From Methanobacterium sp. (GTDB lineage: Archaea; Methanobacteriota; Methanobacteria; Methanobacteriales; Methanobacteriaceae), in assembly GCA_039666455.1 (NCBI GenBank), contig JAVSLW010000010.1, positions 28,432-60,431 on the forward strand: DNA of 32,000 bases, read 5' to 3'. Numbering within the stretch: position 1 is the first letter of the stretch; the number at the start of each line of letters is the position of its first letter. The notes under the pieces were generated by a model. That model was not told the origin of the DNA and ran no database searches. It was given only the letters and a program-made list of their open reading frames with translations. The position numbers and the translations under genes are program-made. Shown piece by piece: positions 27,632 through 32,000 of the stretch.

Positions 27632-28255
27632 TTGACATCAGAGAATATCCAAGCTGAAAAAATGGTTGAAGGGTTAATTGCATATATAATGGAGTTTGAG
27701 CCGGATAGACCCCCAGCACCGATAGGTATTATCCCTTATTCTTTTAACACCTTTTTTAAACTATTATCTAAGCAGAAACAAAGAAATTATTTTGTAAAGA
27801 ATGTTCCTGATTTGTATCAAGAAACTCGAAAAGAAATGGAATCTTATTTTGAAAATGCAACAAAATTTGATGCTAAAGATATATTGAAAATTTTTTTCCT
27901 ATTAATTTTATGGATATCTGCTCTAGGAGGATTATTTATATTTATGTTTGGACTAATTCTTGATTTTAATTTTTTTCAAGGAATTTTGTCTATTATCATA
28001 GTGGGCACACCAAGTACATATTTATTTCTTGTATGGATGATTACAAGGCGTAGAAACTATTTTGGAAAGAAATACGATGAAAACATAAAAAGAGCAGTTC
28101 AACACTTAATTGATTATGGCAGAGATAAAATTATAGAAGAAAACCTCAATCCCAAAGATTTTCCTATTAAATTAAGGCATAAGGATTATACTGGTTTAGT
28201 TTATGAAAAGAAAGGTAAAAATAATTATGTGGGGTTTTTTAGAAATGAAGAATAA
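27632..28255 (+). CDS. partner protein P4 (unrelated to P1-P3; membrane protein with central TM helices)
   Basis: An AAGGAG SD lies 8 nt upstream of the TTG at 27632, and an ATG alternative lies 10 codons in. The hydrophobic core is ILKIFFLLILWISALGGLFIFMFGLIL...IIIVGTPSTYLFLVWMI. Confidence 0.65.
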   Translation: MTSENIQAEKMVEGLIAYIMEFEPDRPPAPIGIIPYSFNTFFKLLSKQKQRNYFVKNVPDLYQETRKEMESYFENATKFDAKDILKIFFLLILWISALGGLFIFMFGLILDFNFFQGILSIIIVGTPSTYLFLVWMITRRRNYFGKKYDENIKRAVQHLIDYGRDKIIEENLNPKDFPIKLRHKDYTGLVYEKKGKNNYVGFFRNEE

Positions 28256-28433
28256 AGAAATTGTTTTAATTGTTCTATTTTATTTATTTGTAATTGGAAA
28301 AACAATTCAGCTTTTTTATTTCCCAAATCCTGCTTTAAGCGTTATTCGTCAGGATTTTTTATCCTACATATTGATTATAAAAATTATAATGATTTTAATT
28401 GTATTTAGTTTGATACCTGGTTTTCACTATTAG
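28245..28433 (+). CDS. possible small hydrophobic protein (62 aa) overlapping the end of P4
   Basis: The ATG at 28245 overlaps the P4 stop region. Two hydrophobic segments are present. There is no recognisable SD and no homology I can recognise. Confidence 0.3.
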   Translation: MKNKEIVLIVLFYLFVIGKTIQLFYFPNPALSVIRQDFLSYILIIKIIMILIVFSLIPGFHY

Positions 28434-28564
28434 CTGGAACAGTCACCAACCAAAGGGCACAAAAGCTCGCAGCATCAAAATAAATCTATAACTCTAAACA
28501 TTTAGATATAAAAACAGGGTTAAAAATCTCTTATAGTTTTCCTTTAAAAATAAATGGTATGCAT

Positions 28565-29164
28565 TTAAGCATCCATAATCTTCTTTACAAGTGGAATAAC
28601 TGCATATGTCAACCCGCTCCATGAAGGGCTGATAAATGCTACTCCAATAGCAAGTAATGAAACAGCAGGTAAAATTAAATTAACCTGCCGAATATTGTAT
28701 ATTTCTTTTAAAGTTAATTCGGAACCTATATATTTTTTTTCGGTAACATAATACCAGCTTAATGCTGATAATAATCCAATTCCAAGTAAGTTAAGGCCAA
28801 AAAAGATTTGGGCAGATCTTAAATACCCATATTCTCCTGTTAAAGAGGTTGAAAAGGGCACGAGAGCAACAAGCAAAAGCCATACAACAGTTATCCATAA
28901 AAAAGTATTGTCTGCCTGTTTAATATGGTAAAACTGGCTGTGATTAATTCTCCAGAATATAGCAAGAAGGGCAAAACTCAATGTATATGTAAACAGCCGG
29001 GGCACCATACCGATTAAAATACTCTGCATGGTTGAATCAAAGACAGGATAAACTAACTGAGGAACATCAAGGTTTAAAACAAGTAGTGTCATTGCAATTG
29101 CAAATATTCCATCTACAAGTGTCTCAATACGTTCAGTATTTTCCCAGTGAGACTTTCTTGCCAT
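28565..29164 (-). CDS. TMEM175/DUF1211 family membrane protein (putative K+ channel)
   Basis: The signature N-terminal helix is RIETLVDGIFAIAMTLLVLNL. Topology is 6-TM-like and the size is about 200 aa. Confidence 0.8.
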   Translation of the reverse strand: MARKSHWENTERIETLVDGIFAIAMTLLVLNLDVPQLVYPVFDSTMQSILIGMVPRLFTYTLSFALLAIFWRINHSQFYHIKQADNTFLWITVVWLLLVALVPFSTSLTGEYGYLRSAQIFFGLNLLGIGLLSALSWYYVTEKKYIGSELTLKEIYNIRQVNLILPAVSLLAIGVAFISPSWSGLTYAVIPLVKKIMDA

Positions 29165-29176
29165 TTTAATTCCTGC

Positions 29177-30280
29177 TTATATTCTAATCATCTCATAATT
29201 CATACTTCCAAGTCCAATTTCCTGGCCATATTTTATCTGGATATTGCCTTCAATTTTTTCATACAGTCCCCTGAACTTATCCCCTCCCTTTTCATGGTTA
29301 TGAATTAAAAGAGAGTTTTTAAACCCGTGCTGCTCATTTACAAGATGATAACTGGCAGTATCCAGAGCTACAGGATCATTTGAAGCTAATATTCCAATAT
29401 CTGGAACTATTGGAGAATCACTCCATGGAACGCAGTCACAGTCAGGGGTTATGTCCATAAGGAAGTTAATATAACAGATTTTGTTTTGTTTGCTTTTTAC
29501 TGCCCCATAAGCATATTCGGTCATTTTTTCAATGAAAGGCTGTATATTATCAAAGTCCAGGTCTATCATTGATTCAGGGCAGACCATGAGACAGTTATTA
29601 CAGGCAATACATACATCATAGTTTATTTTAGATTTTCCAGCTTCAAGGTACATGGCTGAAACAGGACATGATTTTAGACATTTGCCGCAGCCCATGCATT
29701 CTGCTGATATTAAGGGTTTGGTACATTCATGCTGCTCTAATTTACCTGCAGGCGATGCACAACCCATAGCAAGGTTTTTTATAGCTCCTCCAAATCCACT
29801 CATCCCATGGCCTTTAAAATGAGATATTACCACCATCGAATCTGCTTTTTCTATATCTCCTGCAATTTTTACGGTTTTAAAATGTTTCAAATTGATTTCA
29901 ATTTCAATTTCATTTTCTCCACGAATTCCATCTGCAATTATAAGCGGTGCTCCAGTAACAGCGTAATCAAATCCATGCATTATTGCGGTGTTTAAATGAT
30001 CAACAGAGTTATGCCTGCTGCCGTAATAAAGAGTATTTGTATCTGTTAAAAATGGCCTGGCTCCTGCTCGCCTCACGCCATCAACAATTTGCCTTACAAA
30101 CACTGGATTTACATAAGAATCATTTCCCCTCTCACCAAAATGAATTTTAATGGCAGTTAAATCATTTTTATTGATGTTACTTTCAAAATCTGCAGCTTTA
30201 AAAAGCTTTCTGATTTTATTGATCTTATTTTCCCTACTATTCCTTGATCTGAAATCTGAAAAATAAACTTTACTTATCAT
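29177..30280 (-). CDS. DUF362 domain protein with an inserted 2x[4Fe-4S] ferredoxin domain
   Basis: DUF362-like features are present (KVYFSDFR, AIKIHFGERGN, PFLTDTNTLY). Two CxxCxxCxxxCP clusters are present (CMGCGKCLKSCP and CIACNNCLMVCP). Confidence 0.8.
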   Translation of the reverse strand: MISKVYFSDFRSRNSRENKINKIRKLFKAADFESNINKNDLTAIKIHFGERGNDSYVNPVFVRQIVDGVRRAGARPFLTDTNTLYYGSRHNSVDHLNTAIMHGFDYAVTGAPLIIADGIRGENEIEIEINLKHFKTVKIAGDIEKADSMVVISHFKGHGMSGFGGAIKNLAMGCASPAGKLEQHECTKPLISAECMGCGKCLKSCPVSAMYLEAGKSKINYDVCIACNNCLMVCPESMIDLDFDNIQPFIEKMTEYAYGAVKSKQNKICYINFLMDITPDCDCVPWSDSPIVPDIGILASNDPVALDTASYHLVNEQHGFKNSLLIHNHEKGGDKFRGLYEKIEGNIQIKYGQEIGLGSMNYEMIRI

Positions 30281-30374
30281 TTAATCACCGAAATCCATAT
30301 TTAAATCCTTTTTCCATACAAAACCCACTGGAAAGCGGCAGATCACTGTTTTTTTTAAGGATTTCATTTTTCGC

Positions 30375-32000
30375 TCATGATGGATTAATACTTAAAAGAA
30401 AGTTTAAGAACTTACCTTTATCCGATGTTGTAAAATATGCATTTGAATCTGCAGGACCACCTATTTCTATTTTAATTACGTTATTGCCCCAGTAAACATA
30501 TGTTACTTTATCAGGATCATTTTTATTGATTCTAATTGTTCTATACTTTACGTTGTTAATGTAGATGCTGTAGGTTCCATTTTCAATTATTCCTGCTGTA
30601 CTAACTACTTTTTGTCCATCAACATATATATTAATCATTCTACCATTTTCTGTACTTGGATTTATGATTATACCTTTTTTAACCTCTAAATTATTTGAAT
30701 TATTGAAATTAGGGTCTAAAGCCATAGATTTTTCTGCGTACATGTTTTTAAATGTGTTTCTGAGATTTCCATCAAGTATAACATTTCCTATATTCAATCC
30801 CATGCGATTTCTTGCATCTTGTGGCATTCTAATTATGTTATACTCTTCTGGCCGTGTTTCATTCAGTAAATACCTTTTATTATTTATGTAGATAAAATCA
30901 CCATAGCTAAACTCTAAAGTGCTCATAGCCTCTGCAGGCATCCTTATTGTGCTATTTTCATTTTCAAGGGCGCTGTCTACAATATAGGGTCCTCTTATTT
31001 CTGCTTTTGTAAGATCTGGAGATGTTCCCAGGGGGATTATAAGATTGCCAGATGCAGGCTGGATTGTAAGTTTGCCTCCATCGATCTGTACTCCTCCCAG
31101 AAGAGTGAAAATCATGGCCAGAAGTATCAATGCAGAAACAAGAATAGGAAAATGCATGTAGAAGAATGATTTCATGGTAGATGATTTACTATCTGATTTT
31201 GAAAAAACTTTAAATGATCTTCTTATAAGTTTGAATGTGTAGAAAAGGGCGATTATAAGCCCAATGACTAAAATTAAAGCCCCGATTATTGCAGGGATTC
31301 TGTTAATGAAGAATATTGAAAAAAGTCCAAGTGATGTAAGCGAAAGACCTAAAATACTCATTCTTATATATTTTCCAAGGGTGTCCATCATTGAAACTCT
31401 GCCGTATTCCATGGCACGGTCTACTATGGTCCTTACAACTTCATTGGCCATTTTATTCAGTCCCTTAATAGAAGAATGTTTATGTTCAATCTGGCCTATG
31501 TCCACTTCTTTTATCCTCACGCCGCTTGCATTAGCATCCAGAACTATTCCAACGTCAACACCGTAATCTTCTTCAAATTTTATCCTGTTTAAAAAAGTCC
31601 GTTTAGCTGCAAACTGTCCGCTTAGAGGTTGATCAAACTTCACTTCCGGGAAAAAGAAATTTAATAAGGGTTTTGCAGTTAATTCAGTGACCCTTCCTGA
31701 TTTTCTTTTAAATTTTGTTTTGGTTACATCAGCCTTTCCATCCAGTATTGGCTTAATGATTTTTTTAATCTGATTTGAATTTATATTATGGAGATCAGCA
31801 TCGATAAAAGCAATTATATCTCCTTTAGAATTTTTAAAACCTGTCTTTAAGGCAGCCCCTTTTCCAGAATTAGTAGTATGACTTATAACTATTGCACCGG
31901 CCTTTCTGGCAATTTCAGCTGTCTGGTCGGTTGAGCCGTCATCAACAACTATGACCTCATTTACAATATCAAGACTCTTAACAACTTTAATAATAGATCC
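30375..32000 (-). CDS. GT2-family glycosyltransferase fused to TM helices and a C-terminal domain of about 240 aa; 5' end lies outside the window
   Basis: The frame stays open for all 119 codons from 31644 to 32000. Manual translation there gives ...[56 protein letters not shown]..., a GT2 nucleotide-binding and DxD region. The track start at 31643 is an internal GTG. Confidence 0.85.
   Translation of the reverse strand, partial: GSIIKVVKSLDIVNEVIVVDDGSTDQTAEIARKAGAIVISHTTNSGKGAALKTGFKNSKGDIIAFIDADLHNINSNQIKKIIKPILDGKADVTKTKFKRKSGRVTELTAKPLLNFFFPEVKFDQPLSGQFAAKRTFLNRIKFEEDYGVDVGIVLDANASGVRIKEVDIGQIEHKHSSIKGLNKMANEVVRTIVDRAMEYGRVSMMDTLGKYIRMSILGLSLTSLGLFSIFFINRIPAIIGALILVIGLIIALFYTFKLIRRSFKVFSKSDSKSSTMKSFFYMHFPILVSALILLAMIFTLLGGVQIDGGKLTIQPASGNLIIPLGTSPDLTKAEIRGPYIVDSALENENSTIRMPAEAMSTLEFSYGDFIYINNKRYLLNETRPEEYNIIRMPQDARNRMGLNIGNVILDGNLRNTFKNMYAEKSMALDPNFNNSNNLEVKKGIIINPSTENGRMINIYVDGQKVVSTAGIIENGTYSIYINNVKYRTIRINKNDPDKVTYVYWGNNVIKIEIGGPADSNAYFTTSDKGKFLNFLLSINPS

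Noticed and set aside
15500-28500. Dedicated diversification machinery in the cassette locus (reverse transcriptase for a DGR, invertase for a shufflon, transposase or integrase)
   Set aside because: No ORF in this span shows RT, recombinase or transposase motifs that I can recognise. Cassette exchange, if it occurs, would have to rely on general homologous recombination.
30281-30374. ORB-like TTCCAGTGG core and TTTAAATA box between the GT2 and DUF362 genes, considered as a second origin or promoter
   Set aside because: There is a single copy with no inverted partner and no adjacent initiator gene. The TATA-like box is too close to the DUF362 ATG to fit normal promoter spacing with the visible SD.
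2131-31566. Short ORFs nested in or antisense to strong genes. Examples: 2131-2331, 2180-2374, 4943-5125, 5768-5989, 7647-7973, 7896-8195, 8250-8495, 8351-8581, 8998-9198, 10489-10686, 10705-10899, 11113-11316, 11437-11904, 12392-12646, 12468-12686, 13147-13419, 14257-14475, 15733-16017, 16398-16622, 16462-16674, 16662-16844, 16831-17109, 17721-17975, 18453-18641, 20721-21002, 23875-24111, 25889-26131, 27263-27505, 29807-29995, 30664-30891, 31264-31566
   Set aside because: They are shadow ORFs overlapping genes with clear family motifs. Their composition is unprotein-like and they have no SD or independent support.

Overview
This is an AT-rich archaeal chromosomal window. The Orc1/Cdc6, Hef and Mur-ligase genes suggest a Methanobacteriales-type, pseudomurein-containing methanogen, but that is inference from gene content. 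Positions 1-15.3 kb are housekeeping: a membrane-anchored SAM methyltransferase, tRNA-Gln(CUG), a repeat-rich putative oriC next to orc1/cdc6, pyrB, a five-gene Opp/Dpp/Nik-type ABC importer, a MurD-like ligase, trmI and hef. Positions 28.5-32 kb hold a TMEM175/DUF1211 channel-like protein, a DUF362 Fe-S protein and a GT2 glycosyltransferase that runs off the window edge. The notable part is 15.6-28.4 kb. Two tandem paralogous secreted beta-propeller/DUF11 surface proteins lie there; the first is frameshifted and the pair is fused in frame. The second ends in a proline-rich linker, a conserved (T/S)QLGRDIxxVR motif and a variable C-terminal domain. A partner gene follows it. Three 5'-truncated copies of the conserved 3' region then follow. 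Each copy lacks an ATG start and a Shine-Dalgarno (SD) sequence, carries a different C-terminal domain after the same motif, and has its own SD-equipped partner gene. This master gene plus nested orphan CT/partner modules matches the layout of CDI, Rhs and MafB polymorphic toxin-immunity loci with displaced orphan cassettes, or alternatively a silent-cassette surface-variation system. I recognise no toxin or immunity family in the variable parts, so the function is open.
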